A stretch of DNA of 64,000 nucleotides from the human T2T-CHM13v2.0 reference genome, Homo sapiens (GCF_009914755.1 NC_060927.1), one strand, 5' to 3'. Shown: positions 29,212 through 43,009, numbered from the stretch's first letter. Notes: a model not told the origin generated them from the letters alone. Translations and numbers: made by a program.

Positions 29212-30472
29212 CATAGCAACTACTTAAATCATCAACATTTGAAGTAAGTCAGTTTTGGATCCCCCATAATTGAGAAATTTCAAGGCAATAATTTTAGTGG
29301 ATTCCCCCAGGCTGAGATGGAGAAGCTAGGAGATAATAAGCAAGAGAGGTAACCCGGAAGAGATATGTAAGGTCAGCTATAGTGTTCCTTTAGAAAATGA
29401 AAAGTATAAGACAAATGTAAATCTGGAAAAAGTATCTCTTTATTTCAAAGCGAGAAAAGGGAAAGGAAAAGAAGGAGCTTTAGGAAAGAAAAAATAATAT
29501 TTTCAGAGGATACATAGTCAGGAAGAGTAAGCGGTAGCAATCTAAACCTCTTGCCTATGTAGGACCTTCCATACCCTTCCATATCTACAATGTATAAAAT
29601 ATATAAAATATGCCCCAAATTCCTAAAATATTTCAACTCCTCCTTACACTTCATCTGAAAGTAAATCTGGCACAGCAAACATTAAATGTATCAAAGATGG
29701 TGCCAAGAAGTGTCAAAGTCTTGAGTTCTCATACCATGTGTCATATTTTGAGAAAACAAATAATTCTTTATGGAAAGCTTTTTTGAATAATGGTTCCTTT
29801 GCCAGCTATTTCAGATAAGTGTTTCATGAATGTTGACTCTAATAATACCTCATATAAAATCAGGCCAAAGAATGAGTAAGATTCCTTGCTGTTCTTGACG
29901 ACATGAGCCAGACACCTTAAACAAACACGTAAGTCTTGTTATTATTATTATGACACTCAAGCTCATAATATTAAAGAGTATAAATATAAGCAGATATTTG
30001 GAGGCTCATCCCTTTACCAGACAAAGAAAAATTCTTACAAGTAGATTTCTGGCCCATAGGTCTAGGTGAATCAAATAATTGACCACTCTAGCAATGGCAT
30101 TCAACCCAAAAAGGAGTTTTAGTATTTAAGTGAAAGCTCAAAGGGCTAAATGGGGATGGAACAACTAGCAACTTTCATCACTCCTCAAGCTGATAAAAAT
30201 GGCCTCTATGAATCAAACAGCACTTCACTTTCATGGCTTTCCCGCCTCCACTAGGGCGAGGACTCCTCTGCACCCTATATGCTTTGCTCCTCCTCTGTGG
30301 AAAGGGACTCATTTTATGACTTGGAAGCCCTCTCATCATCTGATGCACTTTTAGCATAATTCATTCAGAGACAATGCTGCATTGCTTTTCATGGTGGTCA
30401 ATCTCTGCTCCTGTGAGAGTTGTGCCTATGTGCCTGTCAGTATTCAGTTGCCCCAGCAAGGAAGAAGACAGC

Positions 30473-30563
30473 TGATACTTAGTAGTGCCGGCCAAGTGGA
30501 GGTCACAATGTGAGCACTTGTCTTCATGAGGTATCAACATAAAATCTCCAAGTTTAGAACTGA
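30473..30563 (+). repeat. 91-bp dispersed direct duplicate, copy 2
   Basis: 80/91 identical to 29121-29211. Confidence 0.95.
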
Positions 30564-30614
30564 GGGAAATGACCTGCTACCTGGAGGAAATTCAGGAGTC
30601 AGAGAGTTTAAATA

Positions 30615-30755
30615 TTTCTTTTATAAATTAGGAAACTGAGGCATGGAGAGACTTAGGATGTTCGTTTAAGGTCACCAGTTAACTCAAGACAAATGAGCTT
30701 CTAATTCAGGGTTGTTTTATCTAGAATTTGATCATTTTAATTGTCACACTGTGCA
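30615..30755 (-). mobile_element. MIR fragment
   Basis: aggaaactgaggcatggagagacttagg...aaggtcac. Confidence 0.7.
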
Positions 30756-31911
30756 TAGATAATTAATGTCATTTGTGTCTCCTTTTCCAAACTGTATTTA
30801 CCTTTAAACCTCTCCAGATTTGCTATCTCCGTGCTTTGAACAGGTTACTTAACGTCTCTGAAATTGTTTCAAGTAAAAAACACGCCTAATATACATAACA
30901 AATGTAACTCTATTTTTCTTAGGATTATTTGGAGAATTAAATTGGACAAGATTTTTGGAAAATATGTTCTACTACTTTTAGAATGTGTCTGATATGTGTT
31001 AGTTCTCTACCATTACTCTTAGGGTGAGAGTGATAAAATGCATTGAAATAATAAAAATGTAGGTCATGGTATGTTTTATCAGAGGATGAGCGGGGAGGAA
31101 GAACAGAAATGTAACTTAACCTGGTTATATCACATCCTGGACAATTAGGCTTACTTATATGAAAATTCGTTATGCAATTATAATTGCATTCCAACTCGAA
31201 GAAGCTAACTATTAACTAAAATAGTCACACCTCGATTGCAATTTCTACTTATAGCCCTGACCCTTACCCTGCTATTCTTGCTAGATCTTCACGATTGGTA
31301 ACTGATCACTACTCTCCTGATTTTTGGATCAATATTTCAAGATCAACATAGGAGGCTAATACAATATTTCTTTGATAAATTCTATTTATGAACTTTCACG
31401 TCTTGGAATTTTCAGATTGTAAAAACATGGCATCTGAAACAACTTGAAAAATGAAGAGCCTGGATAGGTAATGAATAAGCCATTAATAAATACAAGGGTT
31501 TATGTGCAATGGGTTTAGTTTGGTCAGGGCTTCCATTAAATTATATTCAAAATTGGGCTCTCCCAGGGAGTCTCAAATATTTCCAGTGGAACAGAGGGAA
31601 AAAGGAGAGCCAGAGTAGAGACCTTCAATGAAATCTTTGGAGTAGGAGAAGGGAAACAGCACCTTCTCCTACGAAGACATTTAAATGCTACTGTATGTTA
31701 CCATTTGATATAACATTTTTGGAGAGACCTTATTTTTTATCGACTGCCTACCTAGAGCATAAATTCAGAAAATCACCCTCAAACACCTGGGACACTCTAA
31801 CAGCATTGTTTAATGTAATAGCACTGAGCCCTTAAGAGAGCCCATTCAGTCTCATTGCATTCAGAACCAGCAATTTCTCCGTCCTTGTTCCCACCATGTC
31901 TGGCTCCTTAC

Positions 31912-31920
31912 CTGGCTTCC
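31912..31920 (-). other. Candidate 9-nt microexon GGAAGCCAG
   Basis: Minus strand: ...tgcttctgttacggtgttcttcgtgcatgcag|GGAAGCCAG|gtaagg; splice signals only. Confidence 0.25.
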
Positions 31921-32777
31921 CTGCATGCACGAAGAACACCGTAACAGAAGCACAAAGGCACCAGGTAAAAGATGCTCTTTACAAATAATAACAAAATAAA
32001 ATAGCAGCTTCAGGCAAAGTCAACTGATTTTTTTCCCTTTACAAATGTGGGGACATTATTTGAAAAAGGAAACATTAAACAGCTCACAATATAGCGAGGG
32101 AAAGTCAAGCGTTTCCTAAAATATCTTGATCGACACCCACTTCCTATGACAAGACTAAAAATACAGTATGTAAGCAAGTCTTCCAGAAAGAAAGTTGTGG
32201 CAGAGATTTCTTTTTTCTTTTCCTTTTTTTCAATCAGGACTCACAGACTGCAGTACAGTGTTATCAGCATTGCCAGACTAATTCAGCAGGCAGTCAGGTT
32301 CTCTCACACACGTGCTTATCAGTCTCCTGTAAGAAGTTTGTCATTTAGTGAACTATGGGTATTAGGAACAAGTTACTGGAAGAGAAGTCTGCCAAGAATA
32401 AAACTTTAAAACCAGCCTATAAAGCAGGAGAATGTTATTAAGGCTTCAAAATCCATGTTTAAAGCAAACTATAATTGGCCATTGGGTAGATATTCTTAAA
32501 AACAGAAGGTCTCTTCCTAGCCAGCTCTCAATGTGGGCCACTTATTTACTTACCTTTTGGTGTTACTCTGAAAAATATGAGCACAATCACTTTAACCATC
32601 TTTTTTTTGGCACCAAGAATTTCTAAGGTTGATGCACTTCTCTTTTGTGTGCTTTAAGTGTGTTAATATATAGATTTCAGATAAATGGAAGCGATAAAGA
32701 AATTCAAATAGTCTACTTTTAAGTAACGTGTAAAGTTACACTAATATATATTTAGATAGAGAAAAATTATGCCTGAT

Positions 32778-33267
32778 TAGGGCATAGACTAGGTGAGGGC
32801 AGTAAGGAACTGCACTTGGACACAAAATTTAGAGGGCACTAAACATCTCAGTGGTCAAGATAAATAGTACTTTAATTAATTAATTAATGTATTTTTAAAT
32901 TGTATATATATTTAAGTATATAACATGATGTTTTAGACATTTCCTATTTTAAGATATTTTAAAAAGTCATAATTAATGCAAAAAAGAACCTATAACAAAG
33001 AAAATATCAAAATTTTAAATAAGGACAGGGTCAATTTTAGTGATGTCTCTCCCTGCCTTAGGCTCCAACATGGCTCCACATGGCACTGTTACTGATTGTG
33101 ATTTTTATTTCAAAATTTGATCTTTAATTCATCATGGACTTTTTTGCATTTTAATTTTTTTAAATGTTGCATTCAAATATTATTTATCTTGATTACTGTT
33201 GTTTTTGGTGACCCCTTAAATGCTATCTGAGGCAGGTACTCACTCACCTCTTCCTAGTTTAGCTCTC
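32778..33267. mobile_element. MER96B-like palindromic hAT MITE
   Basis: Arms agggcatagactaggtgagg...caaaatttagagggc...tcaagataaata and tatttatcttgattactg...gaccccttaaat...cactcacctcttcctagt; centre ggctccaacatggctc. Confidence 0.8.
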
Positions 33268-33461
33268 ACATAGATGCACACACACAATCCATGCATGCAC
33301 TTCACAGTGGCGTCACCCCTGGTTCCCTGCACTGACCGGGGAGGTTGGACTTGTGAAAATGGAGGATAAAAGCTTTTTAATAATTTGCCCCCAAATCACG
33401 TAACTATTAAGAGAGCAGCTAGAATGGGAACCCTGGTCGGTGGTATATCTGAGCCCCATAT

Positions 33462-33893
33462 ATTTTCTAGCTTTATTGAGGAATAATTGACCATTAAAAA
33501 TTATATATATATATGGTTCATAACTTGATGATTTCATATACATGCACATTGAGAAATAATCACAGTTAAGCTTATTCACATATTCATCATTTCCTACAGT
33601 TACCATCATTTTTTGTGTGTGTATATATATGTGTGTGTGAGAACACTTAAGAATGTTCTCACCAAATATTTGCCCTCTTAGCAAATTTTCAGTACACTAT
33701 GCAATATTAATAACTACAGGTACAGTGTTGTGCATTCGATGTCCAGAAACTTGAATAGCTAAAGCTTTGTACCCTTTAACCATCACTCACCTTCCTGGTA
33801 TCTCCTCAGCCTCTGGCAACCACCATCCTACTCACTGATTCTATAAATTTCACTACTTTAGATTTCACATATAAGTGACATTTTGAAGTATTT
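33462..33893 (-). mobile_element. L1MA8/9 3' end inserted in a MIR
   Basis: agctttattgaggaataattgac...gtgagaacacttaaga...tcttagcaaatttt...ctctggcaaccaccatcctactc. Confidence 0.85.
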
Positions 33894-34279
33894 TAACCAT
33901 TTTGCTACATTGTTTCTCCCTTTCTGTTCATAGTTATCATAACACAATAACAAACTCAATTCAACAAACACCTGTTAAGTATCTATTTCATCCCTTGTGA
34001 CACTTTGCTGGAAAATTTGAAGGTAAATAGGACACTTTTGTTTCATGACCCATGGAGAAATATATAAACCTATTTGACTAACTGTACTGAATGTGGCAAT
34101 TGCTTTTCCCCACTGATTAGCCTGCAATCACATAAACTCAATACTTCATTTCCATAGAGGCTGCACTGGCAACCAAGCTTGACCTTGGTGTGAGAAAGCG
34201 AGAAACAAAAGCAGGAAGTGTGGAGCATGTGACTTATCCCAAGTGCTGTTACTTTACCCTTTTTTTTTTTTTACCATGT

Positions 34280-34420
34280 GACTTCATTTAACCTTCATAA
34301 AAATCATGTGTGATATTGATGCTTTTATTATCCTAATGGAGAGGTTCTCAGAGGTTCATAAACTGTTCAACATCACAAACGTAAACAGAACTGGGACTCA
34401 AACTCAGCTTTCTTTGACAC
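34280..34420 (-). mobile_element. MIR fragment
   Basis: ttcatttaaccttcataa...gaggttctcagaggtt...ctgggactcaaactcag. Confidence 0.55.
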
Positions 34421-34729
34421 TCCTTTTCTAGGATTCCTCACGAAGGACTTTATAAGCTTCTCTAAGTGCTAATACTTCCCTACTGCCTGTATTGGGAAAA
34501 GACAGGTCACTGTGTCCTACGCACGGCATGCCAGTAAATGTCCTTACTAGAAATGTTTTTGACCGTCCCAGTCCAAGAAAAAGCCAAGAAAGGTTTGAGA
34601 ACACAGTACTCCTTTAGGGAAGTCGGCATTTTTTTTTTCTTCATTGTTTGCTTTGGCATATTTCAGATTTTAAACATACACAATTCACAGCAAATGGGAT
34701 ATAGTGCCTCCAGAAAGAATTATTCAGAA

Positions 34730-34848
34730 GTCTTTAATCAGAAATTTTGTTCTCATTTTCAGTGCCCTGAAACCACGTAGCTTTTCTTAGTACATTATCT
34801 TTGAATCAATCTATGCTAGGCCATCAGTAAGAAAAACAACTTTCAAAT
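34730..34848 (+). repeat. 119-bp segment duplicated 2 kb downstream (presumed donor copy)
   Basis: 114/119 identical to 36731-36849. Confidence 0.95.
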
Positions 34849-36069
34849 ATCTCCCATTGTGCAAAAACTGTGATCTGGAACAGTACAGCATTAGTGGTGA
34901 CAGAATAATAAGGCCATTTATACTTTTCTGCTTGGTAATTCATAAAACCAAGTTGCATCTAAGTAATTTTTTTAGCATTATGCTTTTGCCATGTCCGTGA
35001 ACATATGCTAATGAATGAAATCAACAGATTTCTTTTTTTGTATAAACAAACCTTATCTTTTAAACCAGAAACGAATTCCCAAGCTAAGTGTCCAAATATA
35101 CTTTCCTAAGCCCATGTGAAGTAGTCCATTATATTATTTGGGGAATTATGCTACAAAGAAAAAGATGAAAATTTTATATTTATTTAAACCTAATAAGAAA
35201 ATAGTGTGAATTGAACACGTGTTTATCTTCATTCTTGCCTGAAACCACACTTAAATGACAAGGAATTTTAAAAAGTATTAATCAATGAGAGCATAGTAAT
35301 AAGAGAGCAAACAATAATAGATAAGTGATATCAAATCATTTTTGGAAGATAAAGAGAATGGAGGAAAAAACACCTGATAAAGCAAAGTAGTGGAGGCTTC
35401 AAGTAACTATCTGGGGGGTTACTGATGAAAGATCAGCTCACTGAACTCTCAGATCCTCTAATCGCTCAATGATAGAAGGTGTGAGGTACCTCAGGTGTGG
35501 GTGCAAACAGAGAGCATACCTCCTTCCCCTCCTCTCCTCTTTCTCCAACTGAGAAAATGGACTTCGAAGACTCACTAAGTGGGAACATGGGCACAAAGAA
35601 AAGAAGTGGTGAGAAGTGAAGAGCTAAAACAAAAATAGATGTATTTAGTTAAAGTCTAAAAACTAAATGGGAATACCCACCCCTAAGCCCCGTGCCCCTA
35701 CTCCTTATCCGGATGCTAATATCCAGCACACCACTAACCACACACACTGTCCTATGGAAGAGTAGAAGCCCTTTCTTAGGAGAAACAGTAAGATTCCAGA
35801 GAAAGGCCGTTCAGACACTGACATTTTGGAGGCTGTCAAGGAAAAGCCAGCTTCCTACCCAATCACCCTGCAATGAAAGTCACCAGGCCACAAGCACTGC
35901 CATCAATTCATTAACATGCCATTCTTAAATATGAACGGACAGGAAGATCACAACATATTTGAGGAAAGCCTCCATCATGAAAAGCAGAGGCCAAAACAAT
36001 TGAGGATAAAATTCAGAGAGGCAATGTTAGGGGAAGAAGAGCGTACTTTTTTAAAAAAAGAGAGCAATA

Positions 36070-36205
36070 ACTCGGGAGGCTGAGGCAGGAGAATGGCGTG
36101 AACCCGGGAGGCGGAGCTTGCAGAGAGGCGAGATCGAGCCACTGCACTCCAGCCTGGGCGACAGAGCGAGACTTCGTCTCAACAAAAAAAAAAAAAAAAA
36201 AAAAA
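36070..36205 (+). mobile_element. 5'-truncated AluY with TSD AGAGAGCAATA
   Basis: gaatggcgtgaacccgggaggcggagcttgcag (Y diagnostics); A-tail; TSD at 36059-36069 and 36213-36223. Confidence 0.95.
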
Positions 36206-36419
36206 GAGAGAGAGAGAGCAATAGTTAATAACCTCAGAGAAGCAGAAATTAATATTGTGCCCATTAAAAAAACCCAAAAGAATGATGTGATGCAAATGAG
36301 CTAAGAAGAGCTCTACGAAATTAAAATTATGATAGGAATAATTACATTATCAATAGAACTATTAGAAGGTTAAGTTAAAGGTATCTTCCATCGAGTAGAA
36401 ATAGAAAGATAGTAAGATG

Positions 36420-36699
<280 letters not shown>

Positions 36700-36730
36700 T
36701 TACCTAGAGACAAATGTGACATGTGTCTCT

Positions 36731-36849
36731 GTCTTTAATCAGAAATTTTGTTCTCATTTTCAGTGTCCTGAAACCACGTAGCTTTTCTTAGTACATTGTC
36801 TTTGAATCAATCCATGTTAGGCCAACAGTAAGAAAAACAACTTTCAAAT
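36731..36849 (+). repeat. 119-bp copy of 34730-34848 (presumed templated insertion)
   Basis: Ungapped, 5 substitutions. Confidence 0.95.
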
Positions 36850-39800
36850 TTTTGAGACACTACATTTTTATTTTTCTGTTGCTTTTTTAAATTTTTGATT
36901 CGGGGGCATATGTGCATTTTTAAAAGAATAAACTCCTCCATGCTCTTCCTCTCCACTGTAAGACATGCTTCATTCAAAGGAGGCAACAGTCTTGCTAGGG
37001 ACAACATGAAATACGGGACACAGGAATCTTGGGATCCAACAACTGTAGAAGTTCAGAAATGTCCAAGGCACTGGCCAATGTGGCCAATGAGATGCTGTGC
37101 TATAACAGCTGCACAGAAAGCCTTGAGACCTGCTGGTCTGGATTAGGGCAGGAGGTCAGAGAGCATGAGGACAGAAGAACAAAAAAAGAATGGAGCAGAT
37201 AGATTTTCTGACAGATGAGACCATGTGCTATTGGAAGTTGTGGAAAAAAGTATCTTCCCAACCATAAGCAAGAAAAAAAAATTAAGACAATATTTAACTC
37301 CTAGAAAAATAAAAAGAAATTGTTCAATAAAGCAAAAGTAATTGTAGGCCATTACTTGGTTCCACCATGAACAGTGGATTCAAAGGCATAATAAAGAAAA
37401 CATAAAATACTGATTTAATTAAATCTATAATATAATTATCTTTGGAGAATGGGGGAGGGTATGTGTGGCATTCTAATTTAGAAATTTGAGATATACTGCC
37501 TACAATGATAAATCAACCAAGAGCAAGACACTCCTGTTATTAGTAAGAAAAATATAAACCCCAGAAGAAATATATAGGAGAATTCAAAGTGGCAGCTTCC
37601 ACTGATCAGTACTTGGGAGTGGGGAGATCTAGGGCAGAATGTTGGTTTTGTTGTTGTTGCTCTAAACCTTAAAGCACTATCTGACTTTCACTCAACTATG
37701 GGCATGTGTTCATTTGTTAAATGCACACACACAGACACACACACATATACACATGTGTAAGCACACACACATATATACAGATTAATAAAAAGCAAAAACC
37801 TTAATAGATTCCTTTTAACTGCCTTACTGCAAATACCTCTTTCTGAAGAATAAAGGTAGACATCACTGATTTACATGGTCAGAAAAGAGCCTCATTTGCC
37901 TGTATTTAGAAAATTCTTGATTTGCATGTTTATGTAAAAAAAGATAAAGCAAGGAAAGAAATTAAATACTAAACAAAGATGTAAAATGCTTAAAATATTC
38001 AGCAAGATAGCTGCATCATCACTTATACCGTAACCAATTTGGGGCCATAATAAATGAATATTCTACACCCTTTGTGTATGTGGCTTCTTGGGTTCTTTCA
38101 ACTTGTCACTGTTGTCAGATTATGACAAGAATATTGGGTAAGGGGATGAAAAGCTCTTAACAGGAAATTGGCTAACACAGTCAGACTTCAAAATGAAACA
38201 CTTTGAAGCTGTTACTAGCCTCAGATAGATGTACATGAAATCTTCAGTAACTATTAAATGAAAGGGCCAAGATGTAGAGCATAGCACATATACTCTACAA
38301 GACACAAACACACACATAACTATCTATGCTCATGGATAAAAAGACTTTGGGAGGACATGTATTAAACTGCTAACAATGTTGGCCTCTGAGGAAGAAGTCT
38401 CGGGGGACAGATTCAGATTGCATTCAAAACTCTTTCAATATTCTGAGCTTTAAAAATCGATGCATATGTGGCTTTTTTCAATAAAAAAGTGGCTCATAAA
38501 GATACATTAGATGCCAATTCTCATCATACTCCTGCTAAAATAGATGGTGTTGAGGAAGAATGGAAAGATTGATCAAATTATACAAAAGGGAAAGGAGTAT
38601 GATTTTACTTATGTAGAACTAACACACAGAGTTATCTGTTGGTGATAAGATTTGGGGTGATTGCTGTTTCTTTGTAATTTTTTTGAAGTTTAAATATTTT
38701 CTATAGTTATACTTGTATTTCTTTTAAAATGAAAAAAGATTACTGAAAAAAATAAAGAGAAGAAAATGTCATTCCTTTATCAGTTCTCTAGGGCACACAA
38801 GATGTGCAGTCAGAATGCAGCTTTTTTGGAAGGGGAGGGTGAGCATCTGGGTATTACATTTGCAGATGGACTTCATACCCAGCATATGGGAAATTTTCTC
38901 AAGGAAAATCATTTCTGCAGAGGCACAAGTTGCTATTTAAACCTTGGCAGACTAGGTCTTTTTATGTTTGACTTTTCTCTCTCCATATGAGAATTAAGCA
39001 TATGCTCAGATTTTCTTAAGGAGTTTCCTTATTATTGAAGTTAATTTGTTTCTTCGTAAAGATTGTAAATTTATAGAATGTGAAATTTGATAGCTAGATT
39101 TTTTTGCTTGTCCTTTAGGACTATTTATTTTCTCTTCCTGCTTCCTAAGTTGTCACATATGTTACAACAAGGGGTAAGGAAACAAAAAAACAGCATAAAC
39201 CAATGCGAAGAAATACACAGAACTAGTGGCACTTGAACCAAGCAGGCATAGCGCCATTTCAGAATAACAAGCAACTTTATTCTCAATTTACCAGAGGTTA
39301 TAGCTCTAAAAATCACAAGTACTTTTCATGAGAAGTAAATGCCTTTATAAAGGTCAATGCAGCATTTATAAGCTTTATTGCATGTTTTCTGTCCTTTTCT
39401 GAGGTATGTAAAAAGAACACAATGGACATTTTTTTTAATCAGTCTGCTGCAACGTGACTAGTTTGCCTCCAACTAAGTAAGCTGTTTTGATGTGGGGCCA
39501 TTTTTAACAACAACAATAACCCAAAAAACAAATTCCTTCAGTGGCTCAAAGTAAGAAACAAACATAAAATATGCAGTGGCATGTGATATTAGGGGACAAA
39601 TGAAAAACATTTAACTATGAGCAATAGTGACAAGAAGCAGGAGGTATCCCAAAAATGTCTTCACTTCAGATAATTTGCCCCTTAAAATCAGAGGATTTAA
39701 GGAGGAACTCCTTTCCCCAAGAAGAAATCTGGCTCCTTCAATTTCCTGTCCTGCTTTGGAGACAAAAGTCTGAAATTCTGCCAGTGCTTAGAGACTTGAG

Positions 39801-39953
39801 TTCCCCAGTGAACATTTTACAAAACATTAGCAGCTCTAACGGTTTTCACTATTTAATGGCCTCTAACATTATGAATCAAAATGAAAACTAATACAAAGTT
39901 TAGAAAGTTTAAGTAATAGTTACTCACAGTCTACATATTAGGCCTGGATCTAA

Positions 39954-40253
<300 letters not shown>

Positions 40254-40554
40254 CTAATCATTTTTATATTCTATTTGGTCTTTTCTGCAAAAGACATTTG
40301 AGAATCAAAAGATGGAGGGCCCAAACTTTGGGACTTCTTTCATCAATAAATTATATTGTTTTGAGCAATTAGTTTTTCTGGGGCATAATTTCCATATCTA
40401 TAAATGAAGTGATGGGGCAGATACATTCTGATGCCCCTCTTGATTTTAATATTCAATGACAAAGACATGCTGTTCTTTCATAGAGCACTTTGTTCCCTCC
40501 ATTAAAAGAAGAACCTGGAGATTTATTGAGTTGTGACAACCACTCTTTGTCTCT

Positions 40555-40790
40555 AGGGAAGTAAACATTTCCCCTACCCCACTACAGCCCTCAGACTAAA
40601 TCTGGCCTGCCACCTGTTTTTCTAAATAACTTTTTATTGGAAGATAGCCACACCTATTTGTTTGCTTATTGTCTATGGTGGCTTTCAGGCTACAATGGCA
40701 CAGTTGAGTATTCTGCTGGAGACCATCTGCCATGGAATACCTAAAATAGTTAGTAGCTGGCTCTTTAGAGAAAGAATCTTTACATCCTTG
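40555..40790. mobile_element. MER58A-like hAT-Charlie MITE
   Basis: aaatctggcctgccacctgttttt...ttttattggaagatagccacacc...ttgtctatggtggctttc...tggctctttagagaaa. Confidence 0.8.
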
Positions 40791-41649
40791 GTCTATAGGA
40801 TCTTTGAACTGCTAAAGACTTTCTTAGCCCCTAGGAGTTGTGGGAACCCGAAGCAGATGTCCAGGGGGCCATGCAGGAGACTTGCACACACAGCAAAAAG
40901 CAGGCCCTAGACCCCCTTTTAGTCATTTCCCGTCCTGCTCACTCCTCAAAAGAGGACCCTTACTCCCAATTGCATAAAGTTCAATGTCCAGATTCTTAAG
41001 ATTAAAAGAATAGCTTTCATCTAGAGCATCCAGCTATTTTGTGCCAAATGATTGTTTTGATTTTTTTAAAAAGAGCTTAATTCTTCTGGTTTTGTGCATT
41101 TTTATTAATCTCTGACCAGTATTCAAAATTTTGGGTTGGTCACTGACTTTTGTGTAAATATGATTAAAGCAATGGACCCTCCTCAGGAAAATGTGCCTAC
41201 ATAATGCAAATAACATTTTATACCCAACTTTTGAGGGCTGTAGGGAGTAGACAACATTAAGATTTCAGAACACATAGCCACCATAGTTTCTAAATGAGAT
41301 AATTTGTGAAATAATCTTACTACAAAAGTTAGCATTATTATATAGAATTCAATGCCAATGTAACACAGCAGAAAGAATGTCAAATGAGGAGTTGAAAGAA
41401 TAAAGTTATGCATCATCTCTGCTGCTAGCTAGCCATGAGAGCCACTGAAGCACTCTATGCTTTGGGTTCCTCGTTTATTAATAGTGAAAATAATAAATGT
41501 CCTGTATACTCCACAGGCTGTGATAAGAATCAAATGAGGTATTGTTAAGGAAATATTTTATAAACCAGAAAAGTCAGCTCATTTGAGTAGTAATTTTGAC
41601 TACCCATTTTGCAGATAGAGGGAACAAAGAACAACAGATCCTTTGTATT

Positions 41650-41770
41650 CAGAATGTATTTGAAATGCAGATTCTCAGGGACTGAACTAGACCTAGTGAA
41701 TTAGAATTTGCATTTTAACAAGATCCCTCTGTGATTTGTGTGCATGTTAAAATTTGAGGAGCATTTCCAT
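41650..41770. mobile_element. MER5A-like fragment
   Basis: aaatgcagattctcaggg...tgcattttaacaagatccc...aaaatttgag. Confidence 0.75.
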
Positions 41771-42645
41771 AGAAAGTTCTCTCTGCAAAGTGCAAACCAC
41801 TTCCTAAGGCTGATCTTCAGGTAAAAAAACTGAGGCCTGCAGAGCCTACAGGACATGCTGAGATTTTGTACAAGTCAAGTTGTAAAGCGATGGGAGCAAA
41901 ACAAACATTAGATTTTAGAAATGATTTTTAAATAGTTCTGTGCTCGGGTCACTCACTGCCCAGTGAAAGAAAAGCACATTAAAGAAGCAAAACATTCTGT
42001 AAGGAACCTTAAAAACAGCTTGACCAGGATGCTGAAATCCACAAAAAGTTAGATCTATTGTCATGAGTTTAGGGAACCATTCTCAGGACAAGTCAGATTT
42101 CTAGACCTTCTCTTCTTCTGCAAAACTGTCAAATGATGAACAGTATCTATTTTTCTGTAATACCTCATTAAGATGGAGTAAAATCAGTTATGAAAACTAG
42201 GCTTTGCTGACTACTCTCCATACCACTCATCAAGGATCAGGGACATAAGATGGAAGAAGATATGGAGAGAGCACAAAGAATGACCAGGGATGTAAAAAAC
42301 TACTGCTGACAGTGTCATCAAGAAAAACAAATGAGAGCCTTATGTGCGTAGCAAAATTTCTTTTCGTGACCAAGGAAGGCACCTGATCTCTACCTTTGCG
42401 TTCTCCGCCACCATATGCAACTTGCTGCTTGGGGAGTAGGAGTGTAGTCATGAGAATTAAAAGAGAAGAAAAGAGAAGTTTTAAACCTAAGAGCTTAAAT
42501 AGAGAGCTTAGACCATTGGGAGCTTCTGATCTAGTAAGGTGACTGGACATTCCTGAGGACTTCTGGCCTCTGAGCCACCTCTCCTCTTGAAAGCTAGAGT
42601 TGCCAGAGTGTCATTGAAACGACAGAAAACACAGTGGATTAGAAA

Positions 42646-42881
42646 GTTTCTGAAACTGTTTAGGTTGCTACAACAAAACACCATAGACTGGGTAGCTTAT
42701 ACACAACAGGAAGTTATTTCTCACAGTTCTAAAGAATGGATGCCCAAGATCCAGATGCAAGGAGATTTGATATGCGGTGGGGGCTTGTTTCCTGGTTCAT
42801 AGACAATGCCTTCTTGTGGTGTTCTCACAGGATGGAAGGGGCTAGCTAACTTTGGGGGTCTCTTTTATAAGCATGAACCCT
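42646..42881 (-). mobile_element. MaLR LTR fragment (MLT1A-like)
   Basis: tgctacaacaaaacaccatagactgggtagctta...tatttctcacagttct...ggtctcttttataag. Confidence 0.85.
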
Positions 42882-43009
42882 GAGCATGTTAGATTGGGAT
42901 GGGAGGAAGAGTCATCCAGGAGGCGATTACATTTTAATAATGGTAAATTTTAAAGCTGCTGCTGCTTACACACCAGGAGTGTAATGGGAAAAGAGTTTGT
43001 AAGAAAAAG

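Noticed and set aside
29121-30563. The 91-bp repeats as LTRs of a small retroelement or as a CRISPR-like array
   Set aside because: Only two copies, no TG...CA ends with TSD, no PBS/PPT and no coding interior; eukaryotic context with no cas genes
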